Positions 40,844 to 49,259 of a stretch of DNA of 56,195 nt are shown one piece after another. The position numbers were made by a program, and so were the translations under genes. Source of the stretch: an uncultured Clostridia bacterium (lineage in GTDB: Bacteria > Bacillota_I > Bacilli_A > RF39 > UBA660); assembly GCA_947165945.1 (NCBI GenBank), contig CAMVCF010000003.1:1-56195 (forward strand), in the 5' to 3' direction. Positions within the stretch are counted from its first letter, which is position 1. Every line of letters starts with the position of its first letter. Below the pieces are notes generated by a model. That model did no database searches. It saw nothing but the letters and a program-made list of their open reading frames with translations, and had not been told where the DNA came from.

Positions 40844-40912
40844 TTATTGATATACGGCATAAATACAAGCCAACCAATTAATTATTTTATCATCATTCAT
40901 TTTTTCACCTCA
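40844..40912 (-). pseudogene. orphan rbgA 5' stub right after lepB (MNDDKIINWLACIYAVYQ*), probably the ancestral start
   Basis: GAGGTG-AAAAA-ATG AAT GAT GAT AAA ATA ATT AAT TGG TTG; ATG at 40900. Confidence 0.7.
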
Positions 40913-40983
40913 TACAATATAGTTAAATTTATTTAAACGATTAAACATCCCACTTTTAAATTTATAAATTTTAAACTATATTT

Positions 40984-41478
40984 TTATTTTTTTAGTCCAA
41001 ATCTATTAAAAGGAAATAAGACAAGAGATGTTTTTCCAAGTATTTCATCTTTACTAATTAAACCAATATATCTAGAATCAAGGCTATCTAATCGATTATC
41101 TCCAACAACAAAATAATAATTGTCAGGGATTTTTTCTTCTAAAATATAATCTAATGTCTCTTTATGAAGAAAATTTTCTTCAACTAATTCTTGATTAATA
41201 TATAGTTTATTATCCTTATACTCCAAAGTATCCCCTGGAAGTCCAATTACTCTTTTAATTAAATATTCTCTATTTTTTTTAATAACTACTCTATCAAATC
41301 TTTTAATAGAATTAAATCGATAACTAATTTTATCTAAAATCATAATATCTTTATCATATAAAGTATTATTCATACTATTTCCGTTTACCCTTATTGGAGT
41401 AATAACAAATTGTTTAATAAGTAATACTATTACTATAACAACTATATATCCAAGATATTCTTTTAATTTTTCATTCAT
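40984..41478 (-). CDS. lepB: signal peptidase I
   Basis: VNGNSMNNTL (catalytic Ser), LIKRVIGLPGD (catalytic Lys), VGDNRLDSLDSR. Confidence 0.93.
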   Translation of the reverse strand: MNEKLKEYLGYIVVIVIVLLIKQFVITPIRVNGNSMNNTLYDKDIMILDKISYRFNSIKRFDRVVIKKNREYLIKRVIGLPGDTLEYKDNKLYINQELVEENFLHKETLDYILEEKIPDNYYFVVGDNRLDSLDSRYIGLISKDEILGKTSLVLFPFNRFGLKK

Positions 41479-41507
41479 GATATGAAAAAAGATAAGCAAA
41501 GCTTACC

Positions 41508-41846
41508 TTATCCCCTTTCCTTAATTTTGTATTGTCCAGCTAATCCTCTTAAGAAGTTAAGTTTAGCTCTTCTAACTTTTCCTTTTTTAATTACTGTTAA
41601 ATTAGCAATTTTTGGTGAATGAATTGGAAATGTTCTTTCTACTCCAACACCAGCTGACATTTTTCTAACTGTAAATGTTTCACTTATACCTGAACCATGT
41701 CTTTTAGTAACAATTCCTTCATAAGCTTGAACTCTTTCTTTATTTCCTTCGATGATCTTAACATCAACTCTAACAGTATCACCAACACGAAATTCTGGAA
41801 TGTTCGGATTTAACTGTGACGCAGTAATCTTATCAATTACGTTCAT
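41508..41846 (-). CDS. rplS: 50S ribosomal protein L19
   Basis: [42 protein letters not shown]. Confidence 0.98.
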   Translation of the reverse strand: MNVIDKITASQLNPNIPEFRVGDTVRVDVKIIEGNKERVQAYEGIVTKRHGSGISETFTVRKMSAGVGVERTFPIHSPKIANLTVIKKGKVRRAKLNFLRGLAGQYKIKERG

Positions 41847-41866
41847 AACACACTTTCCTTTCTAAT

Positions 41867-41902
41867 TGTAATTATACTAAAATGATATAGCAGCGAATTA
41901 CA
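41867..41902 (-). promoter_or_regulatory. candidate L19 leader hairpin
   Basis: UGUAAUU...AAUUACA stem enclosing CGCUG, between the promoter and the rplS SD. Confidence 0.4.
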
Positions 41903-41908
41903 TGTAAT

Positions 41909-41937
41909 AATATAACACAACTTTATTAGTTTTGCAA
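41909..41937 (-). promoter_or_regulatory. sigma-A promoter of rplS
   Basis: TTGCAA, 17-nt spacer, TATATT with extended -10 TG. Confidence 0.65.
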
Positions 41938-41962
41938 CGATTTTTTAAATTTTAAGATACTT

Positions 41963-42676
41963 TTATATTTTTTTAATATTATATGGTGTCTTTATAATAT
42001 TCTCAATGTTTTTAAGTAATACTTTATCGATCTTAGTAAAATATAATGTTAAAGAATAATTCTTATTATTTGAAATATTTAAACCATCTACTAATACTTT
42101 TCCCATATCAATAATTAATGTATTTTTATTTAAATATTTTTTAAATTCTTTAACTAATATTGGATAATGAGTACAACCAAGTACTAAAGCATTTATATTT
42201 GAATATTTTTTTAAATAGTTTTCTATTACTTTAATATCTATTTTATTAGACTCTATCATAGGAACAAATTCAGTCGTTGCAACTTCTATTATATTATTAA
42301 TACTATTTTTAAAAATATGACTTTCTACTGTTTTTTTTGTTCCAAAAAGTAATATACTTTTTAAGTTTAATTTTTTTAAATAAAAAATAGTTGGAGTAAT
42401 AATATCAATAATTGGAATTGATGTTTTCATTTTTAATTCAGAATAACAATTTGAACTAACGGTTCCACATGCAATCACTATTAAATCAACTTTTATTTCT
42501 TCAAAGAAATGAATAATATTAGTTGATAAGTTTAATAGAGTTTCTTTATCTTTTTCTCCATAAGGAACATTTAAAGTATCCCCATAATAAATATATTCAT
42601 TATTAGGATATTTTTTTATAAATTCTTTTAATACATTAAGGCCACCTATACCAGAATCAAATAATCCTATTTTCAT
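41963..42676 (-). CDS. murI: glutamate racemase
   Basis: IGLFDSGIGG, YGDT..VPYG, VIACGT, LGCTHYP. Confidence 0.93.
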   Translation of the reverse strand: MKIGLFDSGIGGLNVLKEFIKKYPNNEYIYYGDTLNVPYGEKDKETLLNLSTNIIHFFEEIKVDLIVIACGTVSSNCYSELKMKTSIPIIDIITPTIFYLKKLNLKSILLFGTKKTVESHIFKNSINNIIEVATTEFVPMIESNKIDIKVIENYLKKYSNINALVLGCTHYPILVKEFKKYLNKNTLIIDMGKVLVDGLNISNNKNYSLTLYFTKIDKVLLKNIENIIKTPYNIKKI

Positions 42677-42850
42677 ACATTACCTCCTGTTAAATTCTAT
42701 TTTTAATTTTTATTATTAGCATTTTTTATTGGAAATATAATAAATAATATTTCTATCCAAGATTAGCACATTCATTAAAGATTAACAATACTAAATATAA
42801 TATTTTTATAAAAATTAAAAAGATAGAATCATTAGACTCCATCTAATTAA

Positions 42851-44128
42851 TTATTTTATAACTTCTATTCCACCCATATAAGGTCTTAAAGCAACTGGCA
42901 CTTTAATAGATCCATCCTCTTGATAATTATTTTCTAAAAATGCAATTAAAGCACGTGGAGTTGCAAGTACAGTATTATTTAAAGTATGAACAAAGTAAGT
43001 TCCATTTTCTCCTTTTGTTCTAATTCCAAGACGACGTGCTTGAGCATCTCCTAAAGTAGAACAAGACCCTACTTCAAAGTATTTTTGTTGTCTTGGACTC
43101 CATGCTTCTACATCACAAGATTTGACTTTTAAATCAGCTAAATCTCCAGAACAGCATTCAAGTGTTCTAACTGGAATATCTAAACTTCTAAAGAATTCAA
43201 CTGTGAATTCATACATTTTTTTATACCATTTCATAGAATCAGATGGTTTACAAAGAACTACCATTTCTTGTTTTTCAAATTGATGTACACGATATACTCC
43301 TCTTTCCTCTATTCCGTGAGCACCAACCTCTTTTCTAAAACATGGTGAATAACTTGTTAAAGTAATTGGAAGACTTTCTTCATTTACAATTTGATCTTTA
43401 AATCTACCAATCATTGAATGCTCTGAAGTACCAATTAAATATAAGTCTTCTCCTTCTATTTTATACATCATATTTTCCATTTCAGAAAATGACATTACTC
43501 CATTTACAACATCAGATCTAATCATAAATGGTGGTATACAATAAGTAAATCCTTTATTAATCATAAAATCTCTAGCATAAGAAAGCATTGCGCTATGTAA
43601 TCTTGCCATATCTCCCATTAAGAAATAAAATCCATTACCACTTGTTCTTCCACTTGCATCTTTGTCAATTCCTGAAAACTTTTCTAAAATATCAGCATGA
43701 TATGGAATTTCATAATTTGGAACAACAGGATCGCCAAAGCGCTCCATTTCAACATTTTCAGAATCATCTCGACCGATTGGTACACTTTCATCAATTATAT
43801 TAGGAATAGTTAACATAATTTTTCTAATCTCTTTGTTTATTTCTTCTTCCTCTTTTTCCATTGTTTCAAGTTTATTATTTATTTCTATAACTTTTTCTTT
43901 ATTCTGATTGGCTTCAGTCACTTTTTTTTCTTTAAATAGTTTGCCAATATCATCACTTAATTTTTTTCTTTCACTCCTTAGAGTATCACCATTTGCTTTT
44001 AATTCTCTTGATTTTTTATCTAAATCAATTACCTTATCAACTAGTTCAAGTTTTTCCTCTTGAAATTTCTTTTTAATATTTTCTTTTACAACCTCTGGGT
44101 TTTCTCTTAAAAATTTAATATCTATCAT
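42851..44128 (-). CDS. serS: seryl-tRNA synthetase
   Basis: N-terminal coiled coil; LIGTSEH, PCFRKE, RVHQFEKQE, TLNNT..ATPR. Confidence 0.96.
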   Translation of the reverse strand: MIDIKFLRENPEVVKENIKKKFQEEKLELVDKVIDLDKKSRELKANGDTLRSERKKLSDDIGKLFKEKKVTEANQNKEKVIEINNKLETMEKEEEEINKEIRKIMLTIPNIIDESVPIGRDDSENVEMERFGDPVVPNYEIPYHADILEKFSGIDKDASGRTSGNGFYFLMGDMARLHSAMLSYARDFMINKGFTYCIPPFMIRSDVVNGVMSFSEMENMMYKIEGEDLYLIGTSEHSMIGRFKDQIVNEESLPITLTSYSPCFRKEVGAHGIEERGVYRVHQFEKQEMVVLCKPSDSMKWYKKMYEFTVEFFRSLDIPVRTLECCSGDLADLKVKSCDVEAWSPRQQKYFEVGSCSTLGDAQARRLGIRTKGENGTYFVHTLNNTVLATPRALIAFLENNYQEDGSIKVPVALRPYMGGIEVIK

Positions 44129-44633
44129 TTTCTTCCTCCATTATTTCATCTAATTTATTTTTTATTTTTGTATATGCAACTTCATATCTTTTACTAATTC
44201 TCTCATAATCATTTATAGTTGGATTTTTAATTCTAGTAATATCCATATTATGCTTTAGATCAGATAATTTTACATTTAATACATGAATATTTTCACTACT
44301 AATTATTCTATCAATATAATCAGGATAATATTCACCTTTTTTCTTAGTTAAATAAGTTAACATCGAAATTATTTCATCATCATATCCAAATTCTTTTAAA
44401 TCCGAATAACTTATATTAGTATCTTCCACTATGTCATGTAAAAGTGCAACTATTTTTTCTTGATACAACGAGACACCTGAATACACCTTAAATAAGTGGT
44501 TAAAATAAGGAAGTCCACCTTTATCTACTTTATCATCAAAAACTCTTAATACTAGTTCTAATGTTTTATAAAGTAAATCTTTATTTTCTTTTAATGCTTG
44601 ATACTCATTCTCTTCAAAATAACTTTTTAACAT
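44115..44633 (-). CDS. small alarmone hydrolase (stand-alone RelA/SpoT HD domain)
   Basis: VDKGGLPYFNH, ALLHDIVEDT, LTKKK, VKLSDLKHNMD: His/His-Asp/Asp metal ligands and the ED pair are present. Confidence 0.85.
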   Translation of the reverse strand: MLKSYFEENEYQALKENKDLLYKTLELVLRVFDDKVDKGGLPYFNHLFKVYSGVSLYQEKIVALLHDIVEDTNISYSDLKEFGYDDEIISMLTYLTKKKGEYYPDYIDRIISSENIHVLNVKLSDLKHNMDITRIKNPTINDYERISKRYEVAYTKIKNKLDEIMEEENDRY

Positions 44634-44650
44634 ATTTTCTCCTTTTAAAT

Positions 44651-44836
44651 AAAAAAGAATGGCTAATTAAAGACGTCCTTAGACTGTACCATTCTTTCTT
44701 TCACTTTTTTTGATAACGATAATAATAATTACCGGAACTGATTAGGTTCTCTAAAGAGTAGATAAATAGTTTTTATTGTTAATTTTCACCAACCCATTAA
44801 CTCTCTGAAAATAAAAATTCTATTATTGTCTCTTTT
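44651..44836 (-). promoter_or_regulatory. T-box riboswitch, Ser specifier (UCU)
   Basis: Stem I with AGAGAG and GGUGAAA motifs; specifier UCU-A at 44760-44762; antiterminator AAAGA/UGGUACA/GUC-UAAG-GAC/UCUUU; terminator AAGAAUGG...CCAUUCUU-UUUU. Confidence 0.8.
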
Positions 44837-44841
44837 TCAAT

Positions 44842-45051
44842 TTACATATATTTTTGCATTTGTTTCATCATTTGTTTTACTTGTTTTTCATTAGGTGTTC
44901 TTCCCATACCACTCATAAGTGTTTTAATCATATCTTCATTTATCGGTGGATTTTTCTTTAAATACTTAGTCATTAATTTTCGAGATACAAAAAATCCTAT
45001 AACTGCACCAACAATTAATCCAATAACTATCATTAATATGTCATGTAACAT
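44842..45051 (-). CDS. yneF: YneF (UPF0154) family protein
   Basis: KYLKKNPPINEDMIKTLMSGMGRTPNEKQVKQMM. Confidence 0.9.
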   Translation of the reverse strand: MLHDILMIVIGLIVGAVIGFFVSRKLMTKYLKKNPPINEDMIKTLMSGMGRTPNEKQVKQMMKQMQKYM

Positions 45052-45105
45052 TATAATATCAACTCCCTAAAAATAATATACTATATCTTTAAATTTTATT
45101 CAAGA

Positions 45106-45690
45106 TTATTTTTTTACTTTTTTCCAAATATTAATGTATTCTATCATAGATACAATAGACATAATAACTGCAAAGTAAATTAAAAAATCTGCAACTTTTA
45201 AATTTATAAGTTCGAATGGTAAATTATAAAAAAACATTAATGCAAGTCCAATCATCATTGATGCAGTCTTTATTTTTCCAGATTTAATTGCTGCTGTTAC
45301 ATAACCTTTTTTTAATAAATCCATTTTAATTGCATTAACTACTTCATCTCTAAAAATGTATATTACTGGAACAATTGAAGGTATAAAACCACGACAAGCA
45401 AATATAACTAAGCATGAATTTACTAATACTTTATCTGCAATTGCATCTAAAAGTTTTCCTGTATCAGTTACAAGATTATTTTTTCTAGCAATATTACCAT
45501 CTAAATAATCGGTAAATGCTGCAATAATATAAATAAGACCAGAAATAAAATAAACTGAATCAACAACAAGCCCAGCTATATTAAATTTTGGAAAATTAAT
45601 TCCTACCATATAAAAAGGAAATAAACATAAAATAACTATAACAATTGTTAATATAATTCTTGTAACAGTTAATCTATTAGGTAAGTTCAT
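45106..45690 (-). CDS. pgsA: CDP-diacylglycerol--glycerol-3-phosphate 3-phosphatidyltransferase
   Basis: MNLPNRLTVTRI, TDYLDGNIARKNNLVTDTGKLLDAIADK. Confidence 0.93.
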   Translation of the reverse strand: MNLPNRLTVTRIILTIVIVILCLFPFYMVGINFPKFNIAGLVVDSVYFISGLIYIIAAFTDYLDGNIARKNNLVTDTGKLLDAIADKVLVNSCLVIFACRGFIPSIVPVIYIFRDEVVNAIKMDLLKKGYVTAAIKSGKIKTASMMIGLALMFFYNLPFELINLKVADFLIYFAVIMSIVSMIEYINIWKKVKK

Positions 45691-46171
45691 AATAATCTCC
45701 TTTCATATTACTAAGTTCTTTTGATATTTTAGGTTCTTCGGTTGCAATTTTAAGTACTAAATACACAATTAAGGATATCAAAAGTAAAACTGTAATTAAA
45801 AGTACAATTGGAGCAAAATCATACCTTGTATGCTTAATCTTAGTATAAGGAGATGATATATGATTTTTTTCTTCAACTACTTTATTATTAGCTTTTTTTA
45901 TATCATCAAGTGAGATTTTTGAGGTTTTTTCAAAGACAAAATCATTGAACTCATCAAGCATTTTTTCAACATCTAAGCCCAAATATTTAGCATATACTCT
46001 GACAACATCTTTTAATTCAAATATATCCTTAAAAGCCTTATGATTACCATCTTCTATCGCTTCTAAAAGAGAAGGATTAATTTTTAAATCTTCACTAGCT
46101 TCTCCAATACTTACTCCATTTTTTTTTCTTTCGCTTTTTAAATATTCCCCTATTTCTTTCAAACTAATCAC
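45677..46171 (-). CDS. RodZ/YmfM-like HTH membrane protein
   Basis: IGEYLKSERKKNGVSI...LEAIEDG...YAKYLGLD, then a TM helix; upstream of pgsA. Confidence 0.8.
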   Translation of the reverse strand: MISLKEIGEYLKSERKKNGVSIGEASEDLKINPSLLEAIEDGNHKAFKDIFELKDVVRVYAKYLGLDVEKMLDEFNDFVFEKTSKISLDDIKKANNKVVEEKNHISSPYTKIKHTRYDFAPIVLLITVLLLISLIVYLVLKIATEEPKISKELSNMKGDYYELT

Positions 46172-46204
46172 CTCAAAAGGAAAATAATATTTTTATTTTA
46201 TTTT

Positions 46205-46556
46205 AAAATACTTTATAAGCCATGTTCTGTCCCTTTAAAAGGTGGCAAACATTTATCTATTATATTTCAAATCCTAGGTTTGATTCAGTTTCTCTCTCCT
46301 AAGCTCCCCTACCAATATTTGGGTTTCTCACTCGTGGGGTTTACTATGTTCCACTTCCTCCGTTTCCAGATTCTTCATCACTATAGCACTTTTATAATTA
46401 CTCTAACCATAGAAAACTTTAGGTTATTTCATAGCCGTTAGTAAAAACTACTTAAGGTTATTTTTTCCCTTAACACGAACACTACTATCATCTCAGATAG
46501 TGTGAGCATGGACTTTCCTCTATATTACAAGAATACAGCGTTTGCCAAAGTATTTT
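46205..46556 (-). ncRNA. rnpB: RNase P RNA (type B)
   Basis: GAGGAAAGUCC near the 5' end, ACAGAACAUGGCUUAU near the 3' end, P1 pairing AAAAUACUUU/AAAGUAUUUU; directly after gpsB as in Bacillus. Ends are approximate. Confidence 0.93.
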
Positions 46557-46896
46557 ATTCTTCTTCTTTGTCTTTTCCGTATACAACTTTTTCTAAACGA
46601 GACAATCTCTTTAAAACATCTAAATTAGATGATGATCCTGAATTTATAGGAGATGCTTTCACAATCTCAACGTTTGTTTTTAAATTTCTAATTTCTTGTT
46701 TTAATTCAATTATTTGCTCTAGATTATCTTCTTTTTCTTTTTCAAGATTTCTAATAATTGTATAAAAATGTTCGTAGTCTGCAATTACTAAATCTAAAAA
46801 TTGGTCTACTTCTTTTAAACGATATCCTCTTGTATCAATTTTAAAATTTTTTTCAAGTATCATATCGCTAGTAAGATTAAACTCATCTTTATACAT
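46555..46896 (-). CDS. gpsB: GpsB/DivIVA-domain cell division protein
   Basis: ILEKNFKIDTRGYRLKEVDQFLDLVIADY; C-terminal NLDVLKRLSRLEKVVYG. Confidence 0.92.
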   Translation of the reverse strand: MYKDEFNLTSDMILEKNFKIDTRGYRLKEVDQFLDLVIADYEHFYTIIRNLEKEKEDNLEQIIELKQEIRNLKTNVEIVKASPINSGSSSNLDVLKRLSRLEKVVYGKDKEEE

Positions 46897-46935
46897 AATC
46901 CACATCCTTTCTATCCTTTAAATATCTATACTAAT

Positions 46936-46964
46936 ATTTTAGAACAGTAGTCAAAAGTTGTCAA
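46936..46964 (-). promoter_or_regulatory. sigma-A promoter of gpsB-rnpB
   Basis: TTGACA, 17-nt spacer, TAAAAT. Confidence 0.7.
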
Positions 46965-47014
46965 GTAAATAATTTTTATCATAAAGGTGTATTTTATTTT
47001 TATATTAATTATAT

Positions 47015-47039
47015 AAATAAAACCCTTCTACGAAGGGTT
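47015..47039 (-). terminator. terminator of the tRNA operon
   Basis: AACCCTTC-3nt-GAAGGGTT followed by a U-rich tract on minus. Confidence 0.75.
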
Positions 47040-47049
47040 AAATACTACC

Positions 47050-47126
47050 TGGTGATCAGTACGGGATTCGGACCCGTGAATGCTGCCGTGAAAGGGCAGT
47101 GTGTTAAGCCACTTCACCAACTGACC
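47050..47126 (-). tRNA. tRNA-Glu (UUC)
   Basis: GGTCAGTTGGTGAAG...CTGCC-CT TTC AC-GGCAG...CCA; T-loop reads TCCGAAT. Confidence 0.93.
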
Positions 47127-47135
47127 AAAAAAAAA

Positions 47136-47212
47136 TGGCGCCTCAACTGGGACTTGAACCTAGGACCCCTTGATTAACAGTCAAGTGCTCTAACCAACTG
47201 AGCTATTGAGGC
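47136..47212 (-). tRNA. tRNA-Asn (GUU)
   Basis: GCCTCAATAGCTCAG...CTTGA-CT GTT AA-TCAAG...GGTTCAAGTCC...CCA. Confidence 0.96.
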
Positions 47213-47225
47213 AAAACAATATAAA

Positions 47226-47302
<77 letters not shown>

Positions 47303-47319
47303 ATTTACATATCACTCTT

Positions 47320-47395
47320 TGGTGTCCAGCTAGGGATTCGAACCCTAGACCCACTGATTAAGAGTCAGTTGCTCTACCAACTGAGCTAGCCAGAC
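47320..47395 (-). tRNA. tRNA-Lys (CUU)
   Basis: GTCTGGCTAGCTCAG...ACTGA-CT CTT AA-TCAGT...GGTTCGAATCC...CCA. Confidence 0.96.
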
Positions 47396-47415
47396 ATTCC
47401 GCAAGAACAAATAAT

Positions 47416-47444
47416 ATTTTATATTATGTTCTTGCTATTGTCAA
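47416..47444 (-). promoter_or_regulatory. sigma-A promoter of the tRNA operon
   Basis: TTGACA, 17-nt spacer, TAAAAT. Confidence 0.8.
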
Positions 47445-47471
47445 TAAATTTTTGTAATTTTTTTCTTTTTT

Positions 47472-47939
47472 TTATGCAATTGATGTAATTTCAACTTGAT
47501 AAACACCATTTGGACTTTCTACGTCAACTATTTCTCCAACTTTTCTTCCTAATAAAGCTTTTGCAATTGGACTTTCATTTGAAATTTTACTTTCAAATGG
47601 ATTTGCTTCTTGACTTCCAACAATTTGATATTCATCTTCCTCTTGATCATCAATATATTTAATTTTTACAGTATTTCCAATACTAACTTTATCATTATCA
47701 ACTTGCTCAATAATAGAAACATTTTCCATTATCTGCTCTAATTTTTGAATTCTTCCCTCAAGTTCAGCTTGTTCATTTCGAGCAGCATCATATTCTGCAT
47801 TTTCAGATAAATCTCCTAAAGCCCTAGCTTCTTTAATTGCTTTTATATTAAGTGGACGTTTAACATTAATTAAATCATCCAATTCTTTTCTCAATTCTTC
47901 ATACCCCTCTTGAGTTAAATAAACTGTCTTCTTTTCCAT
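47472..47939 (-). CDS. greA: transcription elongation factor GreA
   Basis: ARALGDLSENAEYDAARNEQ, ISNESPIAKALLG. Confidence 0.97.
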   Translation of the reverse strand: MEKKTVYLTQEGYEELRKELDDLINVKRPLNIKAIKEARALGDLSENAEYDAARNEQAELEGRIQKLEQIMENVSIIEQVDNDKVSIGNTVKIKYIDDQEEDEYQIVGSQEANPFESKISNESPIAKALLGRKVGEIVDVESPNGVYQVEITSIA

Positions 47940-48066
47940 CTCGACACCTCCTAAATAAAAAACTCCTTATCAGTATATTATAAACTATTCAAAAAGTCAA
48001 GGTAAATTTTTTCTGTATTTTTCTAAGTTTTTTATCAACACTTTATGATATGCAATACTTTAAATA

Positions 48067-49257
48067 TTATTCTTCTAAATATGGAATTCTTAACATCGAA
48101 TACATTGGAATATCTTTATTAAATCTTATTTTTAAAATACTATCTGCTTGATTGGCAACTAAAATTGGCTCCATTTTCTCATTATATAAATTATCAATAA
48201 TTAATTCAATTATATCCATATTCGGAGTTATAATTTCAATTTTATCACCTAATTTAAAATAGTTTCTTTGACGAACTGTGTAAATTTCTTCATTTTTATC
48301 AATAATAATTCCTAAATAGTCTTGATTACTTGACTCGCCTCTTCCAATATAATATTGATCAGTCACATCAGCTTCCTTATTATAAAAGTGTGTACTATTT
48401 TCTCGATTTGATACTTTACTTAAAATATGAATTTCTTTTTTTAATAAATCATCTGTTAATTGATTGTTGTAAACTGCTTCTATAATTCTTCTATATGATG
48501 ATAATACAACAGCTAAATAAAAAGGCGAACGCATTCTTCCTTCTATTTTAAAACTTTTTATACCAATCATTATCATATCCTTAATATACCCCGACATATT
48601 AAGATCTTTAACTGCCATAGAAAAATCTTTTTCGTCATTAATATCAAAACAAAAACGACAAATTTGAGCACATCCACCACGATTAGAATCACGATTAGTA
48701 AAATAGTTTGATAAAACACATCTTCCACTTACAAATGTACACATTGCACCATGAATAAATACTTCTATATCCATTTTAGTATCTTCAATAATTTCTTTAA
48801 TATCATCTCTATTAGTCTCTCTTGCTAAAACAACTCTATCAATACCAAGTTTTTTTAAATAAGAAACACTTTCTTTATTAGAAATACTTAATTGAGTACT
48901 TAAATGAACTTCTACCGAAAAATTTTCTTTAATATATTTTACTAAAAATAAGTCACTTACAATAAAAGCATCAATTCCAGCTTCTACTACATTCTTAATA
49001 TAATCATATACTCCAGCAATATCAGAGTTATGAAAAACAATATTCAATGTTAAATAAACTTTTTTCCCGTATTTATGAGCAAAACTGCATCCTTCTTTAA
49101 TCTCACTTAAACTAAAATTATTAGCATTTGCTCTTAAACTATAGTCACGTCCTCCAATATAAATAGCATCTGCTCCATATATACAAGCAATTTTTAATCT
49201 TTCTAAATCACCAGCAGGACTTAATAGTTCAACTTTATTATTTAATAATTCTTTCAT
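48067..49257 (-). CDS. U32-family tRNA hydroxylation protein (TrhP2/YrrO-like)
   Basis: ELLSPAG, HGAMCTFVSGRC, NRGGCAQICR, KIEGRMRS. Confidence 0.88.
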   Translation of the reverse strand: MKELLNNKVELLSPAGDLERLKIACIYGADAIYIGGRDYSLRANANNFSLSEIKEGCSFAHKYGKKVYLTLNIVFHNSDIAGVYDYIKNVVEAGIDAFIVSDLFLVKYIKENFSVEVHLSTQLSISNKESVSYLKKLGIDRVVLARETNRDDIKEIIEDTKMDIEVFIHGAMCTFVSGRCVLSNYFTNRDSNRGGCAQICRFCFDINDEKDFSMAVKDLNMSGYIKDMIMIGIKSFKIEGRMRSPFYLAVVLSSYRRIIEAVYNNQLTDDLLKKEIHILSKVSNRENSTHFYNKEADVTDQYYIGRGESSNQDYLGIIIDKNEEIYTVRQRNYFKLGDKIEIITPNMDIIELIIDNLYNEKMEPILVANQADSILKIRFNKDIPMYSMLRIPYLEE

Positions 49258-49259
49258 CG

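Larger units (their letters stand above)
36974..40900 (-). mobile_element. tandem array of four integrase-less single-gene cassettes accreted at the rbgA 5' end
   Basis: Four orphan rbgA 5' stubs, each breaking after TGG-T and followed by homologous arms; interrupts the usual rplS-lepB-rbgA order. Confidence 0.75.

Noticed and set aside
38010-40912. The four intergenic repeats as CRISPR repeats, classical integron attC sites or leader peptides
   Set aside because: Spacing is 0.76-1.2 kb with whole genes between; I see no RYYYAAC/GTTRRRY-bounded palindrome; the repeats translate to the rbgA N-terminus and all break at the same codon
46502-46765. 87-aa plus-strand ORF
   Set aside because: Antisense shadow of gpsB and the 5' end of rnpB
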